A stretch of DNA of 64,000 nucleotides, from assembly GCA_965248925.1 (NCBI GenBank), contig CBDFLE010000005.1:1376001-1440000 (forward strand), given 5' to 3'. The notes under the pieces are model-generated. The model saw nothing but the letters and a program-made list of their open reading frames with translations, did not search any database and was not told the DNA's origin. Numbering within the stretch: the first letter of the stretch is position 1; each line of letters begins with the position of its first letter. The position numbers were made by a program, and so were the translations under genes. Shown here one piece after another: positions 20,110 through 28,424 of this stretch. The DNA is from Candidatus Multivoradales bacterium. GTDB lineage: Bacteria; Acidobacteriota; Thermoanaerobaculia; Multivoradales; J023.

Positions 20110-21068
20110 GCGCTACCAGCGAACTGCTCGACTTCGCACCGCGAATCACAACCCTGATGGAAGACGTGCTCACCGGCCTCAGCCAAAGGCCCAAGACGCT
20201 GCCGTGCAAATACCTCTACGACGAAACCGGCTCCCACCTGTTCGAGGCCATTTGCACCCTCGGCTCTTACTACCCGACCCGCACCGAGCTGGCGATCATG
20301 GACCGCCACATCGGCGAGATGGCCAGCCGGTTGGGCGTCGCATGTCAGCTGATCGAGTACGGTAGCGGCAGTGGCATGAAGACCGAAATCCTGCTCAGCA
20401 ACCTGGACCAGCCGGCGGCGTATGTGCCGATCGAAATTTCCCGCGAGCACCTGGAGCGCTCCGCCCGTCATCTGGCCAGGCGCTTCCCGCTGCTCAAAGT
20501 GCTGCCGGTTTGCGCCGACTACACCGCCGACTACCAGATCCCCTCGCCGCCGGGCAAGGTAGCTCGGCGAGCGGTCTATTTCCCAGGTTCAACCATCGGC
20601 AATTTCGATCGCCCCGACGCGCTTTCGTTTCTGCGCAAGATCGCCCGCGTATGTGGCGCGGGGGGAGCGCTGCTGATCGGTGTCGACCTGCACAAAGACG
20701 CGGCGATCCTGGAGCGGGCCTACAACGATCCGGCAAGAGTCACCGCCGCTTTCAACCTCAACCTGCTCGACCGCCTGAATCGCGAGCTGGATACCGGCTT
20801 CGACCTCGAACGGTTCCGCCACCAGGCGATCTGGGATGCCACTGCTGGACGCATCGAGATGCACTTGGTAAGCCTCGGCGCGCAGACCGTGCGCATCGGC
20901 GAGGAGCGGATCCATTTCGCCGACGGCGAGACCATTTGCACCGAGCATTCCAACAAATACACCCTGGAGGGTTTCCGCCGCCTGGCCGAGGAAGCAGGTT
21001 TCCAGGTACAGCAGGTGTGGACCGACGACCGAAAGTGGTTCAGCGTGCAGTATCTGGTGGTTGCGTGA
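20106..21068 (+). CDS. egtD: L-histidine N-alpha-trimethyltransferase EgtD
   Basis: PKTLPCKYLYDETGS.LFEAI, YYPTRTE, EYGSGSG.KT, GSTIGNF, AFNLNLL, TEHSNKY; ATGA overlap with egtB. Confidence 0.94.
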   Translation: MSATSELLDFAPRITTLMEDVLTGLSQRPKTLPCKYLYDETGSHLFEAICTLGSYYPTRTELAIMDRHIGEMASRLGVACQLIEYGSGSGMKTEILLSNLDQPAAYVPIEISREHLERSARHLARRFPLLKVLPVCADYTADYQIPSPPGKVARRAVYFPGSTIGNFDRPDALSFLRKIARVCGAGGALLIGVDLHKDAAILERAYNDPARVTAAFNLNLLDRLNRELDTGFDLERFRHQAIWDATAGRIEMHLVSLGAQTVRIGEERIHFADGETICTEHSNKYTLEGFRRLAEEAGFQVQQVWTDDRKWFSVQYLVVA

Positions 21069-21302
21069 GGGCGAGCCCCGCCAACGCCGGAGGCAGTTCA
21101 CCCTCGTTCGCCATCTTCGAGCAATTCGGCGAAGCGCGCACGCCGATAGAGAATCGCTTGCCTCCGCTAGCCGGTTGGCATACGCTCGGCGGCGCAGCCT
21201 TCGGTAAATCCTTACATGGCTTGGGTTCTCATCCGACATCCAAGATCATCCAATGACTCCCCCCGACTGCTGGAGATTCCTTTGCGCGAGGACTCGCAGA
21301 CT

Positions 21303-21764
21303 GTGAGCAACCCAAACCAACAACTACTCGACGAAATCGCCTACGGCCAGCACTGGTTCCACGCCAAGAAAACCCGACCGATTTGGGCCAAACCACTGCG
21401 AGAGAATTTACAGGTAGAGACTCTCGAGGGCACCACCAACGCCTTCAAGGGAGACTACCTTTGCCGTGGCGAGATCGGTGAGGTGTGGCCACAGAAGATC
21501 ACCCAGCTGGTCAGCAAGTACAGGCCCGAAGATGAGATCGACGCCAATGGCTGGCAGCTCTTCACCCCTCTGCCCGACAATACTGGCGTGATGGCGGTCA
21601 GGATCGATCGAGACTTCAGTGTCGAATCCACCTGGGGCAAGCTGCGAGGACAAGCCGGGGATTTCTTGGTCAAGAGCTGGAAAGACCGCCATGTGCGCTA
21701 CCCAGAAGACGTCTGGATCGTCAACCAAGCGCTGTTCCTGGCAACCTACGAGCCAGATCCATAA
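21303..21764 (+). CDS. Hypothetical protein with two PGDYG-like modules
   Basis: TLEG..GDYLCRGEIGEVWP and WG.LRGQAGDFLV..DVWIV..FLATYE; start uncertain (GTG 21303 or ATG 21216). Confidence 0.55.
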   Translation: MSNPNQQLLDEIAYGQHWFHAKKTRPIWAKPLRENLQVETLEGTTNAFKGDYLCRGEIGEVWPQKITQLVSKYRPEDEIDANGWQLFTPLPDNTGVMAVRIDRDFSVESTWGKLRGQAGDFLVKSWKDRHVRYPEDVWIVNQALFLATYEPDP

Positions 21765-22014
21765 GGTGCAGATCCATAAGGTGCCTGGCACCAGATCCAT
21801 AAGGTGCAGATCCATAAGGTGCCTGGCACAGATCCATAAGGTGCCTGGCACCACTTCAGATCCATAAGGTGCCTGGCACAGATCCATAAGGCACAGATCC
21901 ATAAGGTGCCTGGCACCACTTCAGATCCAGATCCATAAGGTGCCTGGCACCACTTCAAGGTGCCTGGCACCACTTCAGCCAGCACCACTTCAGCCAGCAC
22001 CACTTCAGCCAGCC
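21754..22014. repeat. Nested stutter array built from master unit CAGATCCATAAGGTGCCTGGCACCACTTCAGCC
   Basis: Ten CAGATC starts; seven GGTGCCTGGCAC copies; trailing GCACCACTTCAGCC repeats; no unique spacers. Confidence 0.95.
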
Positions 22015-22033
22015 AGCAGCGAACTCAGCCGCT

Positions 22034-23119
22034 TCAGTCGTTCAGCGGCGCTGGCCGCAGCTGGCGCCAGGCATCGAGCAGCCGATCGGCAGCCAGCACG
22101 GCGGTGGTCTCGCCCAATTCGACCTGGCGCTCCAACTCGGGCAGTAGCCGCGCCAGCGCGGGTGCTTCGCGCAGCTCGCGTTGGATGGCCTCTTCGACCA
22201 GCGCCCACATCCAGCGGCGGCGCTGGCGGCGCCGTTTGGCCTCGATCTCACCATGCTCAGCAAGCACTCGCCGGTGCTCTTCTACTCGGCGCCAGAGTTC
22301 ATCAATGCCAGTGCCCCGGAGACCGCTGACGGTGGTGACCGGCGGTCGCCAGTGGGCTGATTGCTGGCGGACCAGCTTGAGGGCCGCCAAGTATTGAGCC
22401 TGAGCACGTTGGGCTGGTGCCTCGCCACCACCATCGGCTTTGTTGATGGCGATCATGTCGATCAGCTCAATAATGCCGCGCTTGATCCCCTGCAATTCGT
22501 CGCCAGCACCGGGCAACAAGAGCAGCAGCAAGAAGTCGACCATCTCCGCCACCACGGTCTCCGACTGGCCGACCCCGACGGTCTCGATCAACACCACGTC
22601 AAAATCGGCGGCTTCACAGAGCAACAGAGCCTCGCGGGTCTTTCCCGCCACCCCGCCCAACGTACCACCGCTTGGCGACGGTCTGACGAATGCCCGTGGA
22701 TGCCGAGCGAGTTCCGTCATCCGGGTCTTGTCGCCAAGGATCGAGCCGCCACTGAGAGAACTCGACGGATCGATCGCCAAGACTGCCACTCGTTTCCCTT
22801 GCTCGATCAGCTGCAATCCCAAGCTCTCGATGAACGTGCTCTTGCCAACTCCCGGCACACCGGTAATCCCCACTCGTTGGGCACCGCCGGTGTGTGGCAA
22901 CAGCGCGGTGAGCAACGCCTGCGCCTGCCGCCGGTGATCAGCACGACGGCTCTCGATGAGAGTGATCGCCCGCCCCAACATGGCGCGCTCGCCCGCCCGC
23001 ACCCCGGCGACATAAGTAGCGAGCGAGAATCTAGAGGGACGATTTGGACGGGCAGGATTGGCGTCGGACATCAGCAGCAGTCTATGCCACGGCCGAGTAT
23101 TCCGCCGATCAGAGGCCAA
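22034..23119 (-). CDS. meaB: Methylmalonyl-CoA mutase-associated GTPase MeaB (alternative start 23071)
   Basis: GITGVPGVGKS, IDPSS..GGSILGDKTRM, ETVGVGQSE, GDELQGIKRG, NKAD. Confidence 0.95.
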   Translation of the reverse strand: MASDRRNTRPWHRLLLMSDANPARPNRPSRFSLATYVAGVRAGERAMLGRAITLIESRRADHRRQAQALLTALLPHTGGAQRVGITGVPGVGKSTFIESLGLQLIEQGKRVAVLAIDPSSSLSGGSILGDKTRMTELARHPRAFVRPSPSGGTLGGVAGKTREALLLCEAADFDVVLIETVGVGQSETVVAEMVDFLLLLLLPGAGDELQGIKRGIIELIDMIAINKADGGGEAPAQRAQAQYLAALKLVRQQSAHWRPPVTTVSGLRGTGIDELWRRVEEHRRVLAEHGEIEAKRRRQRRRWMWALVEEAIQRELREAPALARLLPELERQVELGETTAVLAADRLLDAWRQLRPAPLND

Positions 23120-25264
23120 TCAGTGGCCGAGCTGCCGACTGAGTTCGGCCAGTAGCTCGGTGGCGGCCTCGGTTATCACCGTGCCAGGGCCGAAAATCGC
23201 CGCCGCGCCAGCGCCGAGAAGGGCCTCGTGGTCCTGCGGCGGCACCACGCCGCCGACGACGATCAAGATGTCCTCGCGGCCCTCCTCAGCAAGCGCCGTG
23301 CGCAGCTCGGGGACCAAGGTCAAATGGCCGGCAGCCAGCGAACTGACCCCCACCACATGGACATCGTTCTCGACCGCCTGGCGAGCGGTCTCAGCGGGAG
23401 TCTGGAATAGCGGCCCGACATCGACATCGTAACCAAGATCGACAAAAGCGGTGGCAATCACCTTCTGCCCACGGTCGTGGCCATCCTGGCCCATCTTCGC
23501 CACCAGCAGGCGCGGCCGCCTGCCTTCGGCCCGAGCAAATACCTCGACTTGCTCGCGAACCTGCTGAATCGCCTCGCTAGACTCTCCCACCTCGCGACTA
23601 TACACGCCCGACAAAGTGTCGATCTTGGCTTGATGACGGCCCCAGACCGCGACCAGCGAAGCGCTGATTTCGCCCACTGTCGCCCGCGCTCGGGCAGCGT
23701 CGATCGACAGCGCCAGCAAGTTGCCGTCGCCCGCTTCAGCGGCCGCCCGCAGCGCCGTCAAGCGCTCCTCTACCGCCCTTGGATCACGCCCCCGCTTGAG
23801 CTCCGCCAGCCGTGCCAGCTGCGCTTCACGCACCGCCGTGTTGTCGACTTTGAGCACCTCGATCGGCGTCTCCCGGGTGGGCTTGAGCTTGTTGACTCCA
23901 ACGATGGTCTGGCGACCCGAGTCGATCAACGCCTGGGTGCGAGCCGCTGCTTCCTCGATGCGAAGTTTGGGCAGGCCGGTTTCAAGCGCCTTGGCCATGC
24001 CGCCGAGCTTCTCGATCTCCTCGATGTGGGCGCGCGCCCGCGCCGCCAGACTGTGGGTCAGGCTCTCGACGTAGTGACTGCCGCCCCAGGGATCGATCAC
24101 CCGGCAGGCACCGGTCTCATGCTGCAAAAAGAGCTGAGTATTGCGTGCGATCCGCGCCGAACTCACCGATGGTAGCGCCAGCGCTTCGTCAAGCGAGTTG
24201 GTGTGCAGCGACTGGGTATGCCCATGCACCGCCGCCATCGCTTCGACACAGGTGCGGGCAACGTTGTTGTGTACGTCCTGGGCAGTGAGACTCCAGCCGG
24301 AGGTCTGGCAATGAGTGCGCAACGCCAAAGACTTGGGATTCCGCGGCGCGAAGGGCTGGATCAGCTGCGCCCACAGCAAGCGCGCCGCCCGCAGCTTGGC
24401 CACCTCCATGAAATAGTTCATGCCAATGGCGAAAAAGAACGACAGCCGCGGCGCAAAGCGATCGATCGCAAGTCCTGCCGCCAGCCCGCTGCGAACGTAC
24501 TCCAGACCGTCGGCCAAGGTGTAGCCCAGTTCCAGATCGGCGGTCGCACCGGCCTCTTGCATGTGGTAGCCGGAAATCGAAATCGAATTGAAACGCGGCA
24601 TCTCCCGCGAGGCGTAGCGGAAGATGTCGGCGATGATCCGCATCGAGGGTGCCGGCGGGTAAATGTAGGTGTTGCGCACCATGAACTCTTTCAGCACATC
24701 GTTTTGAATCGTGCCGGTGAGTTCGCCGGGCGTCACTCCCTGCTCTTCCGCCGCCACCACGTAAAGAGCCATAATCGGCAACACGGCGCCGTTCATGGTC
24801 ATCGAGACACTCATCCGATCGAGCGGGATGCCGTCAAAAAGCACCCGCATATCGGCAATCGAGTCGATCGCCACCCCGGCCATGCCGACATCGCCCACCA
24901 CCCGCGGGTGGTCCGAGTCGTAACCGCGGTGAGTGGCCAAGTCGAAAGCGATCGATAATCCACGTTGGCCGGCGGCCAAGTTCTTGCGGTAGAAGGCGTT
25001 CGAGGCCTCGGCGGTGGAAAAACCAGCGTACTGCCGCACGGTCCAAGGACGCTGTACATACATCGTCGGATAGGGCCCCCGCAGGTAAGGCGGCGAACCC
25101 GGCAGGCTGTCCAAGAAAGGCAGATCGGCCACCGCGGCGCCGGTGTAGCGCGGCCGCACATCGATCTGCTCCGGCGTTCTCCAGACTCCGCCCGCCGCCG
25201 CGGGAACCGCCGCGGCCTGCGCCTGATCGAAGGTCAAGCGGGAATAGTCAGGCAGCTGGCTCAT
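23120..25264 (-). CDS. scpA: Methylmalonyl-CoA mutase, large catalytic subunit (AdoCbl-dependent)
   Basis: [38 protein letters not shown]12-binding MGQDGHDRG. Confidence 0.97.
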   Translation of the reverse strand: MSQLPDYSRLTFDQAQAAAVPAAAGGVWRTPEQIDVRPRYTGAAVADLPFLDSLPGSPPYLRGPYPTMYVQRPWTVRQYAGFSTAEASNAFYRKNLAAGQRGLSIAFDLATHRGYDSDHPRVVGDVGMAGVAIDSIADMRVLFDGIPLDRMSVSMTMNGAVLPIMALYVVAAEEQGVTPGELTGTIQNDVLKEFMVRNTYIYPPAPSMRIIADIFRYASREMPRFNSISISGYHMQEAGATADLELGYTLADGLEYVRSGLAAGLAIDRFAPRLSFFFAIGMNYFMEVAKLRAARLLWAQLIQPFAPRNPKSLALRTHCQTSGWSLTAQDVHNNVARTCVEAMAAVHGHTQSLHTNSLDEALALPSVSSARIARNTQLFLQHETGACRVIDPWGGSHYVESLTHSLAARARAHIEEIEKLGGMAKALETGLPKLRIEEAAARTQALIDSGRQTIVGVNKLKPTRETPIEVLKVDNTAVREAQLARLAELKRGRDPRAVEERLTALRAAAEAGDGNLLALSIDAARARATVGEISASLVAVWGRHQAKIDTLSGVYSREVGESSEAIQQVREQVEVFARAEGRRPRLLVAKMGQDGHDRGQKVIATAFVDLGYDVDVGPLFQTPAETARQAVENDVHVVGVSSLAAGHLTLVPELRTALAEEGREDILIVVGGVVPPQDHEALLGAGAAAIFGPGTVITEAATELLAELSRQLGH

Positions 25265-27195
25265 GATTTCTCAGCGCTCGCGGTTGGCTTCTGTTTAGCG
25301 GTCAAGACGGCGTGCAGAGCGGCCATCGCCGCCAACGCATCACCACCCCGGTAAAGAAAACCGGCAATGCCGGCAGCGCGCCAGCTCGGCTCTTGGTCGC
25401 CGGGGGGACGGCCGGCGACCAACAATCGTTGGGCGCCAGCAGCCAGTAGCCGGCTGGCGACACCAGCGAGCCGCTCACCATAGGCGGCATCGCTACCGCA
25501 AACCACCGCCAGCCTCGCACGAGTAGCGCGGAAGGCTTCGACAATGGCGTCATCGTCCAGCGACGACGGCCCCGATTCCGCTTGTAAGCCACCCGCCGCT
25601 AGCAAATCGCGAGCAAAAGCGGTTCGCGGCCCATGCTCAATCAGGCTGCCCAGATTGGCCAGGAAAACCTGCGGGCGTTGACCATGAGCGGCCTGCCAGC
25701 CCTCACTAGACGCGTGCAGGGCCTCGAAAGGCTCCGACCATCGCACCGGCATCAGCGCCGCCAGCCACCGTTGCCCGCAGGTGCCACCCTCTTCGGTAGA
25801 CCGGGAGGAGCTCCCCTCTTCGGCAGCCTCGGGAACGGTCTGAAGACCTCGTTCATGCTGCTCGTCAAGGTCGACAAATTGGCTGACGCCGACGATTGGC
25901 GCCTCGCGGCGAGCTACCGCTCGCCGCCGCTCGCCGGCCAGCTCTTGGAGACGCTCGGCCACTCGACCACTATTCAGCCACAGTGCCATGCCGCCATAGC
26001 TTTCGATCCGGCGGAAGAGGTCCCAGGCTGAACGGGCCAAATCATCGGTCAGCGATTCCACATACCAACTGCCAGCCGCCGGGTCGGCGACTCGCCCGAG
26101 ATGGACTTCCTCCGCCAACACATGCTGCAAGGTAAGAGCCAAGCGGCGGCCCGAGCGCGAGGGCTGACCCAACACCGTGTCGTAGGGCATCACCGCCAGG
26201 CTGTCCACACCACCGACGGCAGCGGCGAGCGCCTGAGCGGTGGCACGCAACCAATTGCCGGCCACATGCCGGGTAGTTTGGCTAGCGGCCGAGGTTCGGC
26301 CGTGGAGGCACATTTCACCGCCCGACGCACCTCCGGCACCCAGCACCTTGGCCCACAGCAGGCGCGCGGCGCGCAACTTGGCGATTTCCAGAAAAGTGTC
26401 GGAGCCGATGGCGAAGGCAAAGCGCAGTTGGCTCGCTGCCTGGTCGACCCCAACCCCAGCATCGAGCAAGCGCCGCAAGTAGAGCACGCCGCTGGCGAGA
26501 GCATAAGCAAGCTCCTCGACCGCACTGGCCCCAGCCTCGTGATACACCACGCTAGAGACCAAGCCGGCACGCAACTCAGGCGCTTTGCTCAGCGACCATT
26601 GGGCCAGCTGGACCCAACCCGCGAGAGCTTCGTCGAACTCCGCCGCCCGCCCGCCACGGGCGGCTAGAGTGCCCAGCGGGTCAGCGCCAAGCCCACCCCG
26701 CAACACCGATTCGCCACTTTGCTGCCCGGCCCAGTGCCGTAAAGCGGTCGTCCAAACTTGGGTTTCAGAACCGGCGTCGAGCTGCAAGGAGACAAAGCGC
26801 GGATCCACTCCTGCGAGCAGGTTCTCGAGCGCGGCAGGGGTACTCAGAGCAATGCCGTGCTCGCCCTCTGGGTCGATCCGCAGCCAAAGCTGCTCTACTC
26901 CCAGCGCCAGCGCCTGTTGCAATGCCCGACGTGCCTCGGCCGGATCCGAGGAAGCGATCTCCGCCACCACCTGCCAACCGGGATCGCGGGCGGAGGTCTG
27001 CTTGGCGGCCGCCGAATCTTCCGCAGGGGCCGCTTCGCCGGCGGTGTATAACGGCTCGATATCGAGCCCGGCGGAAATTCTGTCGACCCATGCTCGGTCG
27101 AATGGGACTTCGCCCAACGAGCGCTCCACCTGTCGCCGCCAGTCGGCATAGGAGGTGCTCGGAAAATCATCGGCAAAAAGTTTGGATGAAGGCAT
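25261..27195 (-). CDS. mutA: Methylmalonyl-CoA mutase small (beta) subunit
   Basis: [34 protein letters not shown]; lacks DxHxxG; ATGA overlap with the large subunit. Confidence 0.88.
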   Translation of the reverse strand: MPSSKLFADDFPSTSYADWRRQVERSLGEVPFDRAWVDRISAGLDIEPLYTAGEAAPAEDSAAAKQTSARDPGWQVVAEIASSDPAEARRALQQALALGVEQLWLRIDPEGEHGIALSTPAALENLLAGVDPRFVSLQLDAGSETQVWTTALRHWAGQQSGESVLRGGLGADPLGTLAARGGRAAEFDEALAGWVQLAQWSLSKAPELRAGLVSSVVYHEAGASAVEELAYALASGVLYLRRLLDAGVGVDQAASQLRFAFAIGSDTFLEIAKLRAARLLWAKVLGAGGASGGEMCLHGRTSAASQTTRHVAGNWLRATAQALAAAVGGVDSLAVMPYDTVLGQPSRSGRRLALTLQHVLAEEVHLGRVADPAAGSWYVESLTDDLARSAWDLFRRIESYGGMALWLNSGRVAERLQELAGERRRAVARREAPIVGVSQFVDLDEQHERGLQTVPEAAEEGSSSRSTEEGGTCGQRWLAALMPVRWSEPFEALHASSEGWQAAHGQRPQVFLANLGSLIEHGPRTAFARDLLAAGGLQAESGPSSLDDDAIVEAFRATRARLAVVCGSDAAYGERLAGVASRLLAAGAQRLLVAGRPPGDQEPSWRAAGIAGFLYRGGDALAAMAALHAVLTAKQKPTASAEKS

Positions 27196-27222
27196 GGTTT
27201 GGATGGAGGCGTGGTTTGGATA

Positions 27223-27252
27223 AAGAGGGCGCACGCCGTGCGCCCCTACGAA
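27223..27252 (-). repeat. GTAG-type REP-like palindrome, copy 1
   Basis: Minus strand TTCGTAGGGGCGCACGGCGTGCGCCCTCTT: GTAG foot plus hairpin GGGCGCAC-GGC-GTGCGCCC. Confidence 0.85.
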
Positions 27253-27300
27253 GACAAGATACCAATATTCTAGCCTCCGCGGAATTGCCGGCGTACATCG

Positions 27301-27330
27301 AAGAGGGCGCGCGCCGTGCGCCCCTACGAA
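27301..27330 (-). repeat. GTAG-type REP-like palindrome, copy 2
   Basis: 30-bp direct repeat of copy 1 with one mismatch, 78 bp away. Confidence 0.85.
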
Positions 27331-27345
27331 TACAGATCCTACCGT

Positions 27346-28422
27346 CTACCCCTCCGTCGGCAATGCCAACCCGGCGATCGTCCCTCTCGCCACCGCTAAC
27401 TCGGCGACCAAGATCGATCCACCGGCGGCACCGCGCAGGGTGTTGTGCGACAGGGCGACAAACTTGTAGTCGAACAACGGACAAGGCCGCAACCGGCCGA
27501 CCGTCGTCGCCATCCCTCCTCCCCGCCCCCGGTCTAACCGTGGCTGCGGACGGTCGGCGATGTCACAGACTTCGATCGGCTGCGCCGGTGCCGACGGCAG
27601 GCCGAGACGCTGCGGCTCGCCCCGGAAATCATCCAGCGCCTGGGCAACCTCGGTCAACGAAGCCCGGCGGCCGAGGCGTACCGAAACACACTCGGTGTGG
27701 CCATCGATCACCGGCACGCGGGTACATTGGGCGCTGATCTCGATCTCTGCCGGCGCTATCCGGCCTTCAACTAGCTGGCCGAGGATCTTCTGAGTCTCGG
27801 TCTCCAATTTTTCTTCCTCGCCACCGATGTACGGCACCACGTTGTCGAGGATCGCCATGCTCGGAACTCCGGGTAGACCGGCTCCAGAAAGTGCCTGCAA
27901 GGTGACAACGTGCAACTGACGCAAACCAAAAGCGTCGGCGAGAGGTTTCAGCGCCAATACCAGGCCGATGGTCGAGCAATTCGGGTTGGTGATCAGAGCA
28001 CCGTCGCCGAAACTCTGCTCTGCCACCAGATCAAGATGCTCGGGATTGACCTCCGGCACCATCAGCGGCACATCTGCGTCCATCCGATGGCTCTTGGCAT
28101 TCGACACCACCACATGGCCGGCGCGGGCGAACTCTGCTTCGACCTGGTCTGCGACGCTGGAATCGAGAGCCGAGAACAGCAGGCGCGGCGCCATCGGCAG
28201 AGCGGTCGGCTGCACCGTCATTGCCGCGATGCGTGCATCAAGCGCTCCTTCTTGCGCCCAACGGACGGCTTCACCATAGGCTCGGCCGGAGGAGCGGGGC
28301 GACGCGGTCAGCAGGGCGAGTTCGAACCACGGATGGGCGGCCAGCAGCTGGACAAACCGCTGTCCAACACTGCCAGTCGCACCCAGAACACCGACCGGGA
28401 TCTTCTTTCTCAGTGGACCCAT
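27346..28422 (-). CDS. asd: Aspartate-semialdehyde dehydrogenase (archaeal/eukaryotic-type)
   Basis: [21 protein letters not shown], catalytic [30 protein letters not shown]. Confidence 0.95.
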   Translation of the reverse strand: MGPLRKKIPVGVLGATGSVGQRFVQLLAAHPWFELALLTASPRSSGRAYGEAVRWAQEGALDARIAAMTVQPTALPMAPRLLFSALDSSVADQVEAEFARAGHVVVSNAKSHRMDADVPLMVPEVNPEHLDLVAEQSFGDGALITNPNCSTIGLVLALKPLADAFGLRQLHVVTLQALSGAGLPGVPSMAILDNVVPYIGGEEEKLETETQKILGQLVEGRIAPAEIEISAQCTRVPVIDGHTECVSVRLGRRASLTEVAQALDDFRGEPQRLGLPSAPAQPIEVCDIADRPQPRLDRGRGGGMATTVGRLRPCPLFDYKFVALSHNTLRGAAGGSILVAELAVARGTIAGLALPTEG

Positions 28423-28424
28423 TA

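Noticed and set aside
21408-22003. ORFs 21408-21902(-), 21619-21867(+) and 21746-22003(-)
   Set aside because: They are translations of the repeat array with no RBS or domain signal
21754-22014. CRISPR array
   Set aside because: Units vary in length, there are no unique spacers, and no cas genes are in the window
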